A stretch of 63,733 nucleotides of DNA, counting the filler. It is 9 parts of 9 records of this genome, joined end to end, with 100 filler letters (N's around TTAATTAATTAA, not from the genome) between each part and the next. Parts side by side here need not be neighbours in the genome. Positions count along the whole stretch, not along the records: positions 29,491 to 34,818 come from SRR7504441_6130; positions 34,919 to 38,702 come from SRR7504441_6131; positions 38,803 to 48,174 come from SRR7504441_6143; 6 more parts are not named here. One strand, 5' to 3'. A program made the position numbers and the translations under genes. Every line of letters starts with the position of its first letter. Position 1 is the first letter of the stretch. Shown piece by piece: positions 31,834 through 43,090 of the stretch. A model generated the notes under the pieces. The model was not told the DNA's origin. It saw only the letters and a program-made list of their open reading frames with translations, and searched no databases.

Positions 31834-33510
31834 ATGCCCAGCCGGGACCCCCCGACGCGATGGGCGTCAGTGGTGGAGCTGACCACTGGGCTCGGGGAGG
31901 AGGAGCAGCAGGAGCCGGAGCTGCTGGCCGCGTTGGCCGAGCTGGCCACCTGCCTGGCCGCCCGGCGCAAGGGTCCGGCCCGGCCCGAGGAGCTGCGGCT
32001 GCTCGCGGCGCTCCCCCGGCTGTTCACCCGGTCCGAGCCGGCATTCCTGGGCTGCTGCAGAGTGCTCATCAACCTCTGCCGCGACCGGGCCGGCCACTTT
32101 GGCATCGGACCGTCCCCGGACGCGCCGAGCCTCTCTGCCGATTCAGTGCGGCCCGGGCTGCGCGAGGCTGTGGAGCAGTTGCTGCAGGGGATGCACCGCT
32201 GGTCCCGGACGGCGCAGTCGGCCAAGTTTGGGTGCTGGGCGCTGGGCGCGGTGGTCAACGGTAGCCGCGAGCTGCAGGAGGCCGCCGGGGAGCCCGCGGT
32301 GCAGTTGTGCGTGCAGGCGGCCCGAGTGCACGCCTGCGCCGAGCCTGTCTGCCTGCACGCTGTGCTGGCGCTGGCCAACTTGGTCAGCCAGCATCCGGCC
32401 AACGGGCAGGCTGCCGCTGAGCAGGGAGGGATCAAGTTGAGTGCCGGGCTGGCGAGGCGGCACAAGAGCAGGCCGGAGCTGCAGACGCATGCGATGCGGG
32501 TGATCGTGCACCTGGCGCATGCGGCTGCAGGGCTGGTGGAGGAGCCGGAGGCCGCTGCTGGGCTGGAGGCGGCGCTGGAGGCTATGAATCGTTGGCTGGA
32601 GCATCAGCACGTCCAGGAGTGGGGCCTGCGGGCGGTGCATGCGCTCTGGGCAGCCAGCGAGATGAAGGCACCAGAGCCGTCCGTGATCATCGAGTGCGTA
32701 GCTGGGGCAATGGCGACAGTGCCATCGGTCGGAGTCGCTGAGGTGGGGTGCTACGTGCTAGCACAGGCCGCACGGCTGCCGTGCCGGCTCGACGAGGCGG
32801 TGGAAGCGTGCTGTGCTGCTCTCCATACTCACTCAGAGTCTCCCGCAGTGGTGCGGATGGCCTGGGCCGCGCTCTGCGCCGTGTCTGTGCATTCGCCGGC
32901 CGCGTTCGGGCTGGTTCGCAACCGGCTGCTGATGGGGCTGGCTGGCCCGCTTGCAAAATGGCCGGATGAGATTGACCTGCAGAGTGCAGGAATGAGCCTG
33001 CTGGCTGCGTGCTGTGTGCCCGGTCGGCAGCCGCTGGACGAGACGATGTTGCCGCACCTGGCGGACCTAGCAGCGGCCGGGATGCGCAGGTGGGCGGACC
33101 AGCCTAAGATCCAGATCAGCGGCAGCCTGGCGCTGGCGAATGCGAGCGGGGTGGCTCGGATAGACCGGGGTTGCCTGGTGGCGCTGCAGCCTCTGCTGCA
33201 AGTGGTCGAAGTCAGGGGACAAGCCCTCCGAGCGGTGCTAAATATTCTGGGCGCCGAGGAGGAGAAGAAGGCTAAGCGGTCAGCCCCGCCACCCAAGCTG
33301 GTTAGCGCGGTGCTGCGGTGCTTGCCCAGCTGCTCAGGCGAACACGAGCTGCTGACTCAGGCAGCCTCGGTGCTGGGAAGCATCGCGCTCCGGGCGCCAA
33401 AGGCGGCCAAGAACATCGGGCCGGTGCTGCAGGACTCATTAGGGGATACAATGCAGTGCCGAAAGGGAGGGTTTGGGGCGAAGGTCCGCCAGTCGGTGGC
33501 GAGATCGTGA
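31834..33510 (+). CDS. Armadillo-like repeat protein, possibly spliced to an EF-hand ending at 33608
   Basis: Repeated ..VQ..GC.AL helical units. An EF-hand-like VTDDEVNMLLRQFDKSADEKVSLKEY lies in another frame just downstream. Confidence 0.65.
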   Translation: MPSRDPPTRWASVVELTTGLGEEEQQEPELLAALAELATCLAARRKGPARPEELRLLAALPRLFTRSEPAFLGCCRVLINLCRDRAGHFGIGPSPDAPSLSADSVRPGLREAVEQLLQGMHRWSRTAQSAKFGCWALGAVVNGSRELQEAAGEPAVQLCVQAARVHACAEPVCLHAVLALANLVSQHPANGQAAAEQGGIKLSAGLARRHKSRPELQTHAMRVIVHLAHAAAGLVEEPEAAAGLEAALEAMNRWLEHQHVQEWGLRAVHALWAASEMKAPEPSVIIECVAGAMATVPSVGVAEVGCYVLAQAARLPCRLDEAVEACCAALHTHSESPAVVRMAWAALCAVSVHSPAAFGLVRNRLLMGLAGPLAKWPDEIDLQSAGMSLLAACCVPGRQPLDETMLPHLADLAAAGMRRWADQPKIQISGSLALANASGVARIDRGCLVALQPLLQVVEVRGQALRAVLNILGAEEEKKAKRSAPPPKLVSAVLRCLPSCSGEHELLTQAASVLGSIALRAPKAAKNIGPVLQDSLGDTMQCRKGGFGAKVRQSVARS

Positions 33511-33853
33511 CTGATGATGAGGTCAATATGCTCCTTCGGCAATTCGATAAGTCTGCGGATGAAAAGGTGTCGTTGAAAGAGTACGTGTTTGCACTTTCCG
33601 GGCCATGACTTTGAATGATATACGAAATAAACCACTATAAGTAAGTCTTGTATTGTGTGCGCCCGGAGACTTATCTACCAAAATGTAACTATACCGTACA
33701 AACTTGTACCGAACCGTTTAGATCTTTATGTCACAGAAAAATAAGTTTACGTGACATTCCCGCAAGTCAATGGCAAGTCATCCTAAGTCCGACTTAGTGT
33801 ACTGGTACCGTTGTTCGATGAGGTACGTAGCCTCTGGCTTACCAACCCTGTTA

Positions 33854-34618
33854 CTATGTATTAGCGCCAGCTTCCCTAGTTCTCGCTGCAGCACATGCCT
33901 GTAGCCGTGACGTTAATTGTGGCCCGAGCACCCCTGCCTCAGCGGGGAAATCAGGGACGCCACATCCAGCCAGCCCGGCCTGTGCGTCAGCCCAACCATA
34001 CTTCACACCCGCATCCCGGAAGCATTGCTCAAACCCTGCAGCGCAGCACACCGCAAAGAAGAGCGCCTTGCTCCGGGGTGTAGGAAAGCGCTTCTCATCA
34101 AAGCCGTGCGCCAGACGTGGCCAGGACTCGGCGGTTGGCCACTTTCCATCATAGCCCCATTGAGCACCCATCTTATCGGCCACCATCTCCACCACGGCAG
34201 CGTCCGGAGGCACGCCATTGCGCCGCCACAGGCCCAGATCCGGGCCGTCGTAGTACTCTGTGTGGTGATCCATCCGCTCCACGTGATGCTTGACGGACTC
34301 CGCCCAGAGCTCCGGCGGGCAGGTCACTGGAAACCATCGCGGCAGCGCGGTCCGCCCGACGAGCCGCCCGAGGACGTGCGCTTTGAGGTTTGGCTCGTAC
34401 CACCTCCGTGCGTACGGGAGGTATTCGGACAGAGGAAGGAATTTGACCCAGTCGTGAAAGACCAGCCGGTGCCAAGGGACCCGGAGCCCGGAGCCGGCCA
34501 GCATTCGGTTGAGGTGCAGTCCCATCATCAGCACCCCGAACTTGTGCCACAGCAGCGTCGGCAGGTAGATGAAGCAGGCGATCAGTAGACCGAGCAGCTC
34601 CCTGGCGGCGGCGAGCAT
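33854..34618 (-). CDS. DUF5662-like HD-domain protein
   Basis: HK..V...HDW.KF.P.SEY.PYA...HH....DHH.EY...EMVAD.MGA pattern; intronless. Confidence 0.6.
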   Translation of the reverse strand: MLAAARELLGLLIACFIYLPTLLWHKFGVLMMGLHLNRMLAGSGLRVPWHRLVFHDWVKFLPLSEYLPYARRWYEPNLKAHVLGRLVGRTALPRWFPVTCPPELWAESVKHHVERMDHHTEYYDGPDLGLWRRNGVPPDAAVVEMVADKMGAQWGYDGKWPTAESWPRLAHGFDEKRFPTPRSKALFFAVCCAAGFEQCFRDAGVKYGWADAQAGLAGCGVPDFPAEAGVLGPQLTSRLQACAAARTREAGANT

Positions 34619-34818
34619 GCGCCAGAACTCGAGAGCGTGCTCGTGGCAGATCGGTGCGGAGAGTCGGTTAGAAGTAACGGACGCGTTAAGAACTACAGTA
34701 TTTTGAAGAGCTCTAGATACGCGGGCTAGTATGAGCGGCATAAGCACAAAATCATCAAAAATGGCTACCGTATCCCGCGCCCCCCGCGCCGATCAGCGCC
34801 GCCTGTATATCGGTGTGG

Positions 34819-34918
34819 NNNNNNNNNNNNNNNNNNNNNNNNNNNNNNNNNNNNNNNNNNNNTTAATTAATTAANNNNNNNNNNNNNNNNNNNNNNNNNN
34901 NNNNNNNNNNNNNNNNNN
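34819..34918. other. Artificial contig linker
   Basis: N44-TTAATTAATTAA-N44. Confidence 0.97.
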
Positions 34919-35193
34919 TCTCGGGCAGACTGAAGCGCTCCCTTATGGGCTGTGAGACATGATGGTATTTGTCGAATATTTGTCGAAGGCGAGTTTGGCA
35001 TGAGTAACCCCCTAAGAAAAATAGGTTTCTAGATATCAATAAACGACTTTAACCCTCTAGACACGAATCGAAATGCGTTGTATTTTGACAATTAATAGAC
35101 AATTAATATTGTCAATGATTCATGCAATGCATTCACCGGCAATGTATACAAGACATTGTAGTTAATACGATCAACACAGGTGGTCGTGGCTTG

Positions 35194-36612
35194 CTATTGT
35201 ACCGCGCACTGTTCGCTCGCGCCTCCGCTGGTAGCAAACCAGCTAGCACTCGCCTCGTCCGGCTCACCCGAAGCAGTGAGCAGTTCAACAAACTCCTCAA
35301 ATCCAACTGCTCTGTCGATCGATCGCAGTCGCTCGAGCGTGTGGCCCCTTTGCTCCGAGGGCACGCCGAGCTTCGCAAAGACCTTGGCCACCTCCGTCGG
35401 CTCGACCGTACCCGAGTTGTCCAAGTCAAGTGCCTCAAACCCCTCCACCAGCTGCTGGCCCCTAGCTGACCCTCCACCCAACCCAGCTGCCGAGAGCGCC
35501 GCCTCAGTCGCCACTGCCGCATGCGCCGCTGCTGTCCACAGCTCCGCAAGTCTCCGGCATTGTTGCAGCAATTTATCTTGGGCGGCCATTATTTGAGTGC
35601 TCAGCTCAGGCAGCTGGCTAGGGCTCCGGTGGCAGAGTGCCGTGACATCGAGACTCAGCTTCGTGCATGCCCCATGAGGCGCAGCCCGAATGCTTAGCAG
35701 CCCGGCCAGCAGCGGCCGGAGCCTGCACTCGCCGGCAACACGCGCGGTCGCGTCGGCGGATCGGACCGAGAATTGAACGGTCCATCCGTCTGCAGGGTTA
35801 ACTTCAAAGCTATTTACGACCTCCAGCAAGTCCCCACCCAGCCTGAACTGGACCACCCGGGCCAGCCGGCCGTTTGTGGCGTGCGTGGCCATCAGTCGGT
35901 ATCCTCCAACCATCCGACTCAGCTTCTGATGCCCGAGTCCGGCGTATAGCAGCCAATGACCGTCTGCTGGAGCCATCGCCAGAGTCAGATCCGCAACCTT
36001 GTGCCGCCCGCTGGACAGCCCCAGCCGCTCTGCGTCCCTCAGCGCCGCGCCCGCCCTCTCGGGTTGGCGGACAGCGAGCGTGCTTGGGCTGGGGAGGGAC
36101 TCGGCGCCTTGTTCCGGTAGGTGGAGCTGCTCCGAGCTAATTGGGCTCCACTGCTTGCCTAGGGATGCCACCAGCGCGGCCAGCCAGTCTCGCTCCGCGG
36201 CAGATTCAAACTCGAACAGCCGGAGCGGGCCGCGGCCGCTGGCCTCGATGGACAATCCGAGCTGGGACAATCCGAGGCAGCACCGGCGCACCGCCTTGAG
36301 CCGTTGAAGCTCGAACGTCACGGTGGCCGGGGCGTCGATGAGGGTGCTCCGGAACAGCAGCGCGTCGCTAGCGACCCAGAGGTACCCCGGGCACACCAGC
36401 CCGTCCAGAAGCCCGGCGCATCCGCTGACCATCAGCACCTTGGGCAGCGGCGGCTTGCGGTCGGCCAGCAGGGAGAACTCGCGAGGGAGTGTCGGGTGCT
36501 CGGCGCAGCGAGCGGCGCGCTGAAGCGCTGCGTTCAGGTCGACCGACTTGGGGTGGTGTCGGAAGAACCCCAGACCCGCCCCGGGCCTGTCCTTCGACCC
36601 GCCGCAGCCCAT
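35194..36612 (-). CDS. N-acylated GRAM/PH-like plus EF-hand protein
   Basis: MGCGGSK start; GRAM-like G.LWV..DALLFRS; EF-hand DLDNSGTVEPTE; ends CAVQ if unspliced. Confidence 0.6.
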   Translation of the reverse strand: MGCGGSKDRPGAGLGFFRHHPKSVDLNAALQRAARCAEHPTLPREFSLLADRKPPLPKVLMVSGCAGLLDGLVCPGYLWVASDALLFRSTLIDAPATVTFELQRLKAVRRCCLGLSQLGLSIEASGRGPLRLFEFESAAERDWLAALVASLGKQWSPISSEQLHLPEQGAESLPSPSTLAVRQPERAGAALRDAERLGLSSGRHKVADLTLAMAPADGHWLLYAGLGHQKLSRMVGGYRLMATHATNGRLARVVQFRLGGDLLEVVNSFEVNPADGWTVQFSVRSADATARVAGECRLRPLLAGLLSIRAAPHGACTKLSLDVTALCHRSPSQLPELSTQIMAAQDKLLQQCRRLAELWTAAAHAAVATEAALSAAGLGGGSARGQQLVEGFEALDLDNSGTVEPTEVAKVFAKLGVPSEQRGHTLERLRSIDRAVGFEEFVELLTASGEPDEASASWFATSGGASEQCAVQ

Positions 36613-36682
36613 ACTGGGCACGCGCGCTAACAGTTTTTCTGGCCGCGCAATCACCGATGGCGTCTGGTCTGTCGGGCGGCTA

Positions 36683-38446
36683 ATGCCCGAGGCCAGGCCC
36701 GGCCGGGACCGGCCAGTGGCGGCGCGGCGGCGGAGCCCCCGGCCGGATGGACCCAGGCCCGGCCCGGCTGGTCCGCGCTGGCCTGGGCAGCCGGGCGGCG
36801 GCAGCGTGTTTCGTCCGCCGTCCGGCGGGCCGATCATCGATCCCTCGAGCGGACAGGGCTGCTGCACCGGCTGGCTAGCCCCGCTGGGAGTGGCCGTCCT
36901 CGTGTGCGCTGCGGGGCTGATCGTGCTCCAGACCCGCCGGACGGCCGGTGTTGACCGGTTTAGGCTGTTGGCGTTCTACTTCGATTGGGTATTCTCGTGC
37001 CTGGTCGGAGTGACCTGGGCCGAGATGCTGGTGATCGTGGCGCCGGACCAGTACACCACCTGGTGGGTGACGCTGGTCTACTTCCTGGCCGGCACAGCCT
37101 GCTACCCAGGGCTGGCTATCCTGATGGAGCTCAGGTTTCAGCATCACTGGGCGGTCCTCAGGGAGGGCGGCACCAAGCGGGCCCGGTTCAAGGCTGGACT
37201 CAACATGCTGCTCCGGGCTTCGTTCGAGATGGCCAATTCCGTTGCGCACTCGCTGCTTCTGATGGTGCTGTATGTGAATTACCTGGCGGACGTGGCACCG
37301 AGTCTGGACGGCACGATGCTGCTATTCTGGCTGGGTGCCTCGATGCCTGGCCAAACCGACCACCGGCGGGCAGGGATCAGTCTGGCCGTTACGCTGCTGG
37401 TGGCCGGGCTCAGGTGGCTGCTGATGCGAGGTGGCTGGGCGAGGGCCTCGGTTTGGGTCATCGTGTGCAGGCGCAGAGGCAGCCGGGCGGAGGGTAAGCA
37501 GCGAGGAAGGCGGCAGCCTGTGGTCCCGGCTGGCCGACGGGAGGGCCGGCTGGGGGTACCTAGAGCACTTTTGCGGCATCAGCAAAGGCTCGTTCAATAC
37601 CACTGTGGGGTTTGTCTGGAATTACTTTTTCTATCGAGTGTGTGAGGTTTTAATCACTGATGACTCGTCTGACTTTTGGCGGTACTATGGACACCGGACG
37701 CTCGGTGCGTCCGGCTCTGGTTCGGCTGATGGGCCGGCAGTTGGGCTTGTCGTGTTTCCAATGCTGGCAGTGCTGTGTCCCTGGCAGCCAGACAGTGGGT
37801 CGGGCGAGCAGCTCGGAGCTCTGAAAACCGAGCTGGGCCAACTCTTCTGGATGATCCCTCTGACCACTCTTGCGTACGTGCTGGCCGACTTTGTGTACTA
37901 CTTAGCACTCGATCTGATTGCACTGAGCAGCAGCTCGGCGTGGGGCCAGCTCTGGTTGTGCAGCCTGACCGTCGCCAGCTGCCTGGCCGTCCCACTGTGG
38001 GTCCAGCTGCTAGGCGGTGCCGATAGGGCTATGCACAGAGCTTAGTCGGGGTGTCAGGCTGGGAGCCAGGCGAGGGCGGCTGGTGGTGGGTCACTCGATT
38101 GAGGCGATTCGGCGTGGAGCTTTCGTGCTGGTCCGCATCGTTCAACGTGTGGTACGCCTGGTGGGTATTGATCTGCGACATCTCAGACAAACTGGCCTCC
38201 GACGCCATAGGCTACCGGCTGCTGCTGGCAGCAGGCTGCTCGCTTGCTCCGGCTGGAGTGATCCTGCTGGCCTGGCTGCTCCGGTCGTACTGGATGCGTG
38301 GGGCGCGGCTGGGTCAACCGTTGCTTGAGGACCGTGGAACTACGTTCAGCTTTGTGTCCGAGGAGCCGCGGGCCACTCTGCCTGAGAGATCTGTCAACAC
38401 GCCGAAGTACCAGCCGCCCGCCTCCGATGCGAGGCAGACCACGTGA
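36683..38446 (+). CDS. Multi-pass membrane protein of unknown function; about 5 exons
   Basis: Hydrophobic exons joined in frame by 36-41-nt GT-AG introns (e.g. 37335-37373). Confidence 0.6.
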
Positions 38447-38702
38447 CGTTGGACGCAATACGAGTACGTACGTAATTAAAAGTGACACGGTGATACTCGT
38501 ATTCTAATCAATGGATCGACCGGCCTATCCGGGAAAGATTACCGAAAGATCGTTTTGATTTCTCCGTAAAGCGTCAGTTATGGTGTCATGTGGTGGGGCC
38601 GACTTTAATCGATGTAATCACACTTCGTAAAGCGTTAGTTTGCACCTGAATCCGAGCTGATTGATCAGTGCGATTCACCCAGCCACAAGGTCCGTATGGA
38701 CA

Positions 38703-38802
38703 NNNNNNNNNNNNNNNNNNNNNNNNNNNNNNNNNNNNNNNNNNNNTTAATTAATTAANNNNNNNNNNNNNNNNNNNNNNNNNNNNNNNNNNNNNNNNNN
38801 NN
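38703..38802. other. Artificial contig linker
   Basis: N44-TTAATTAATTAA-N44. Confidence 0.97.
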
Positions 38803-39126
38803 ATCGAGCCGACCGGAAACCGGCGGCTAACACCGGCTCTGAGAGAATGTATCGCCCATCGACAGTAAATTGTACCAAAACTGTACTTTTATTGAATGTA
38901 GGCCTCCTCCGGAAGTCGGTTGTAGAAGTCTAGTTGCTTCTGATTGCTTTGTTCGTGAATATTTATAAAAACGAAATACCAAATCAAACCACGGGTATCA
39001 ATGATAAGTAAATGTTGAAGAGTCGGCCGAGTAGTCAAAACAAGCATAATGTCATACGCTACTGATGGAATCAATAGCTACTATCCCGTGCATCTACTGA
39101 GCAAGTCTGGGCGGCTGGAGCTCAAC

Positions 39127-40254
39127 TCAGGCTTGCTTGGCCGTGGCGAATCCGACGCGGTCGGCTTCGGCATCCCAAACTGTGTAAAACTTGCGCAGGA
39201 ACGGATCGCCCAGGATCCAGATCGGCACCCCCGCGTTCACGCCCTCGATCCCGAGCTGGCACTGGACTGCACCGTTCTCGTCCTCGCCCTTAAGCACATA
39301 GAACTCTGGCTCGAGCTCAAAATCGTGCCCCCCGATAGAGAAAGTGATGGTCGGCAGGGTGTGCAGGTTGGAGCAGTCGGCCGACACGTTCCCGATCGGC
39401 CCGGTGAGCTTGCTGACTGCGCTGACAGGCCCGGCCAGCACAGAGGTGCCGGTGTCGACGACCATCTCACAGCCGGTGAGCCAGTTGCAGGCTTTGGTGG
39501 AGGCGCCGCCCACCTTGATGTCTGATGCTGACACCAGCCAGTATGGCAGCAGCTTGGCCGCCTTGGCCACCGGGATGTAACTGAAATCGCCAGTGTAGAG
39601 CGAAGGGTCAGTCCCTCCGAGGACAAGTGTGCTGCCAGCCGACTGGTTGGACGAGAGGAAGAAGGAGAAGATGTTGTGCTCGATCTGCTTCTGGTCGACC
39701 AGCTTCTGCATCGGCATAGCCACCTGGTCCACCGCCGCCTTGGCCGGACCCATCCCCAGGATGCCGTCAAACGGCGCCGCCCCGAACACATCAGCGGCCT
39801 CCGTGGTCACTTCTCCAAAATCAAACCCAGTGATCTTGGCTCCGCCCAGCCCGACCGTGTCGGTGCTCAGGAAGCCGTTGCAGCTGCCAGTGCCGTACTG
39901 GAGCATGAAGGCCTTGCCGTTCTTGGCGTAGCTGCTGGAGGCGGTCGAGTCGTACAGCGTACCGTTCTTCTTGCAGTTGGAGCAACTCTTGGAGGGCACC
40001 CACAGGTTGGAGGAGCCGGTGTCGTATATCACCTTGAACTTCTGGCTCGGGGTGCCGATATCGACCTCGCCGAAATACTCGGCGTCCTGAACATCGGTGA
40101 GCGGCACCGACGGGTCTGAACCGAACAGCGCCAGCCGGTCGGCCCGGCGGGCGGAGGCCTCGTGCATCTGGCGGATGGTCTTGGGCTGGTGGCTCAGCGG
40201 GACCGAGATGATACCCATCGCCAGTGGCAGCGCGAGAAGGAGGAGGAGCTTCAT
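39127..40254 (-). CDS. Secreted pepsin-family (A1) aspartic protease, cathepsin D/E-like
   Basis: Signal peptide and propeptide; catalytic DTGSSNLWVP and DTGTS; FDGILG; WILGDPFLRKFYTVWD. Confidence 0.95.
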   Translation of the reverse strand: MKLLLLLALPLAMGIISVPLSHQPKTIRQMHEASARRADRLALFGSDPSVPLTDVQDAEYFGEVDIGTPSQKFKVIYDTGSSNLWVPSKSCSNCKKNGTLYDSTASSSYAKNGKAFMLQYGTGSCNGFLSTDTVGLGGAKITGFDFGEVTTEAADVFGAAPFDGILGMGPAKAAVDQVAMPMQKLVDQKQIEHNIFSFFLSSNQSAGSTLVLGGTDPSLYTGDFSYIPVAKAAKLLPYWLVSASDIKVGGASTKACNWLTGCEMVVDTGTSVLAGPVSAVSKLTGPIGNVSADCSNLHTLPTITFSIGGHDFELEPEFYVLKGEDENGAVQCQLGIEGVNAGVPIWILGDPFLRKFYTVWDAEADRVGFATAKQA

Positions 40255-40326
40255 GCTTGCGTGGCCTTCGGGCTTCGGACGAGCGAATGGTCATATAATT
40301 TAACGGATCGATCTCACCCGTGCGGA

Positions 40327-42904
40327 ATGTTGAGAACGGGCCCTCAAGGGCAGCTGCTCGGCCGGGCCACGGCGGCTCGGCCGGCCGCGCTGCCCGAGCC
40401 CGGGGCCGATGCGGGGCGGGAGCTGGCCGCTTTGGCCCGGGGGCTGCGCCAGGAGTTGATCGGGGCCGGGCTGGACACGGTGGCAGTGCGCACCGACGTG
40501 GCTCGGCTGCTTTACAGGCAGGGCGGCGACGACTGTCCGGACGGCCCGATCGTCCCGGGCAACAGCCAGCTGATCGAGCTGATCGGAGTGGTCGACGACG
40601 CAATGGCCGGACCGGCTCGAGAGCTGGCCGACCGAGTGGAGGCGATCCCGGGCGGCCGGGCCCGGCTGGCGCTGGCGGAGGTTCGGAACATCCCGGCGCA
40701 GGGCCGGGTGCAAATGCACGACTCGTACGTGCGGACGTACAGCCGCAGGAGCGCGTCGACGAGCGGGGTGGAGTGGGGGAGGGCGGACGAGGCGACCAAG
40801 CAGCGGCTGGTGGAGCTGTGCGAGAAGCGGGTGCCCAAGCTGCTTGAGCTGGCCGGCTGGGGCTGGGCCGAGCTGGCTGTGCTGGCGGCCGAGGAAGGCT
40901 GGTACCCGGGGAGTGAGCTCCGGAAGGAAGAGGTCGGATGCGTGTTGCACATAGTCGGCCGGCTGCCTGACTCCGTGGGGCGGAAGCTGAGAGATTTGAC
41001 CGACAGCGTCACACACAGCCTGGGGCTCGCCATGAGCCTAGACGTCCAGCTCTGGAAGTGCCCTTCGCGAGGAAAGCTAGCCACCGATGATCAAACCAGT
41101 CCTTCTCAGCTCGACCCAGCCTTTTGTGGTCTTCGTCAACGCCGTAATCAAGCTGGCCTAACTCTCGAATGCAGCCAGTGCGGCGGGCCAGCCGAGGGGA
41201 GGCTCGGCTGCCTGCACTGCGAGCTGGACCAACCAATGTGCGCCGGCTGTGCCACGCTCGCGGCCCACAACCCAAGCCACCTGGCGGTCTGGACTGGGTT
41301 GGCAGCTGATCCCGGTCTCAACCTGTGGTGGGCTTTCAACTGTGGGTCTCCGATAGCCAAGGGCCCCGCCGCGGCCGGACATTTCCCTATGAGTCAGTGT
41401 GGCCGGTGCGGGTGCATCGACTGGGAAGGCGTGTTGTGGCGGGATCAGCGCAAGGTGAAGAGTACCGTGTGTCAGCAGTGCTTTGAGCCCTCACCGGACG
41501 AGAGCTGGGTGCGTCAGTCGGTGCACGGCGGCAGCGAGCCTCTGGTGTGGCCCGTGCCTGCTTGCCGCTGGCTGTGCACCCGTTCCGATCCGCGGCTGCT
41601 TACTAGCACTCACAATTACGAGATCCTCTCGCAGGTCCCGCCTGACCCTAGCCATTCTTGAGTGCAGGCAGGGCAACCCTAACCGAGCAGTGTGGAACTC
41701 CGCTGAAGGGTTTGTGCCGCTCTTTCCGCTCCCGCCCGAGCTCCAGCCCAAGACCCAGTGGAGCACTAAGGCGACTGCCAGCTACGCGTGCCACTAAGTG
41801 CCTGGCAGGCGGCGCAGGCCGACAAGACCTGGGGCGAGCAAGTGGTCGAATACCTCCAGTCGACGCCCGCGCCCGAGCCGCTCAAGCCAGCTGCGGTCTG
41901 CTCGGTGCGGCTAACCAGAATCTCCAATGACCAGCCTGCTCGCAGGTGGCCGCAGCGGTGCAGTTACACTCTCCTACAATCGCTCTGCTGCCACACTTTC
42001 TGAGCGACGAAGAGTGCGACGCCCTTATTCGGCATGGGATCAGCCGAGGCTGGCCGCGGTACTGAGCCAGATCGGCAGCTCTGATCGGCGGCTAGGTGTG
42101 GCGGGCTCTCACTGACGATAGGGCATTGCGAGTGGCCACCCATGTCGCGTGAGATTGGGCTGATTTCTCGCATCGAGAAGCGAGCCGGTGCTATCCGCTG
42201 CGAACTCGCCCTGAGCTGGCGCTTGCAGCCGATCTTGTCGGGATCGCTAGTCATGCGCAAGACGGCGGAGTCAAGCTTCAGTACACAGGCCCCACGGCCG
42301 AGGACACACCGTCGATGCCGACCGGTGTCCATCTGGACACCAACAAGCGGAACTGGCGGGTGGTCACGGTGCTCGTGTACTTGAATGACGTCGAATCGGG
42401 CGGCGAGACTGTGTTTCCTTGTGCGGGTGATCACGTCTCACCCGCCGCAGAGGATGCTGCATGTAGACTGCTGGCGAACGGCGTGCAGCACAGCCAGGAT
42501 CAGGTGCCTCCGTCGCTCCGATCCGACATCAACGCGCTCAATGCTGCAGCAGAGGCGGCGGCGGCTGGTGATGGCGGTTTCAAGGTGCAGCACTGCGCTG
42601 CTCTCGGCTGAGCCGGGTGCAGGTGAAGCCACAGAAGGGCTTGGCGTGCGTGTTTTATTCGAGGCTGCCGTCGGGGTGTGTGGACCCTCTCTCGTTCCAC
42701 GGCGGGGCTGCGGTCCGGGCTGGCAGCAAGTGGACGTTGCAGTTCTTCAAGGAAATGCCGCGGGAAGCAGAGAGTAATGCTGACGAGCTGCAAAGTGATG
42801 CTGACGACTGTGCGATGGTAGCCTTCATGGCTGATCTGCACCCGCTAGTTACTAAGGTGGCTAGTGGTGACCACCAGATGTCACAGAGCTGCAACCTCGC
42901 CTGA
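40327..42904 (+). CDS. ZZ-like zinc fingers plus a prolyl-4-hydroxylase-like 2OG-Fe(II) dioxygenase; about 7 exons
   Basis: C..C...C..C...C..C...H...H finger; short introns (including GC-AG 41771-41808) lead to FLSDEEC..LI, HLD, TVLVYLNDVESGGETVFP and HGG..V..GSKW. Confidence 0.7.
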
Positions 42905-43090
42905 GAATTGAAGAGCTCTTCATCGAATCATACGGGTATAGTTGAAAAGTAGTTGAAAAGAAACTACCAAGTACGTTTGAAATGAGTATAGTTGAAATAG
43001 ATTAAAATTATGTTCGAAAAATAATTACTGTATTTAGTAACTTGTTCGGCCTCGCAGACATTTCTGAGCAGTCTCCACAACCTCAGTGTG

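Noticed and set aside
10920-42904. Collagen plus P4H-like enzyme as a linked system
   Set aside because: Different contigs, and the dioxygenase has no signal peptide, so it is unlikely to act in the ER.
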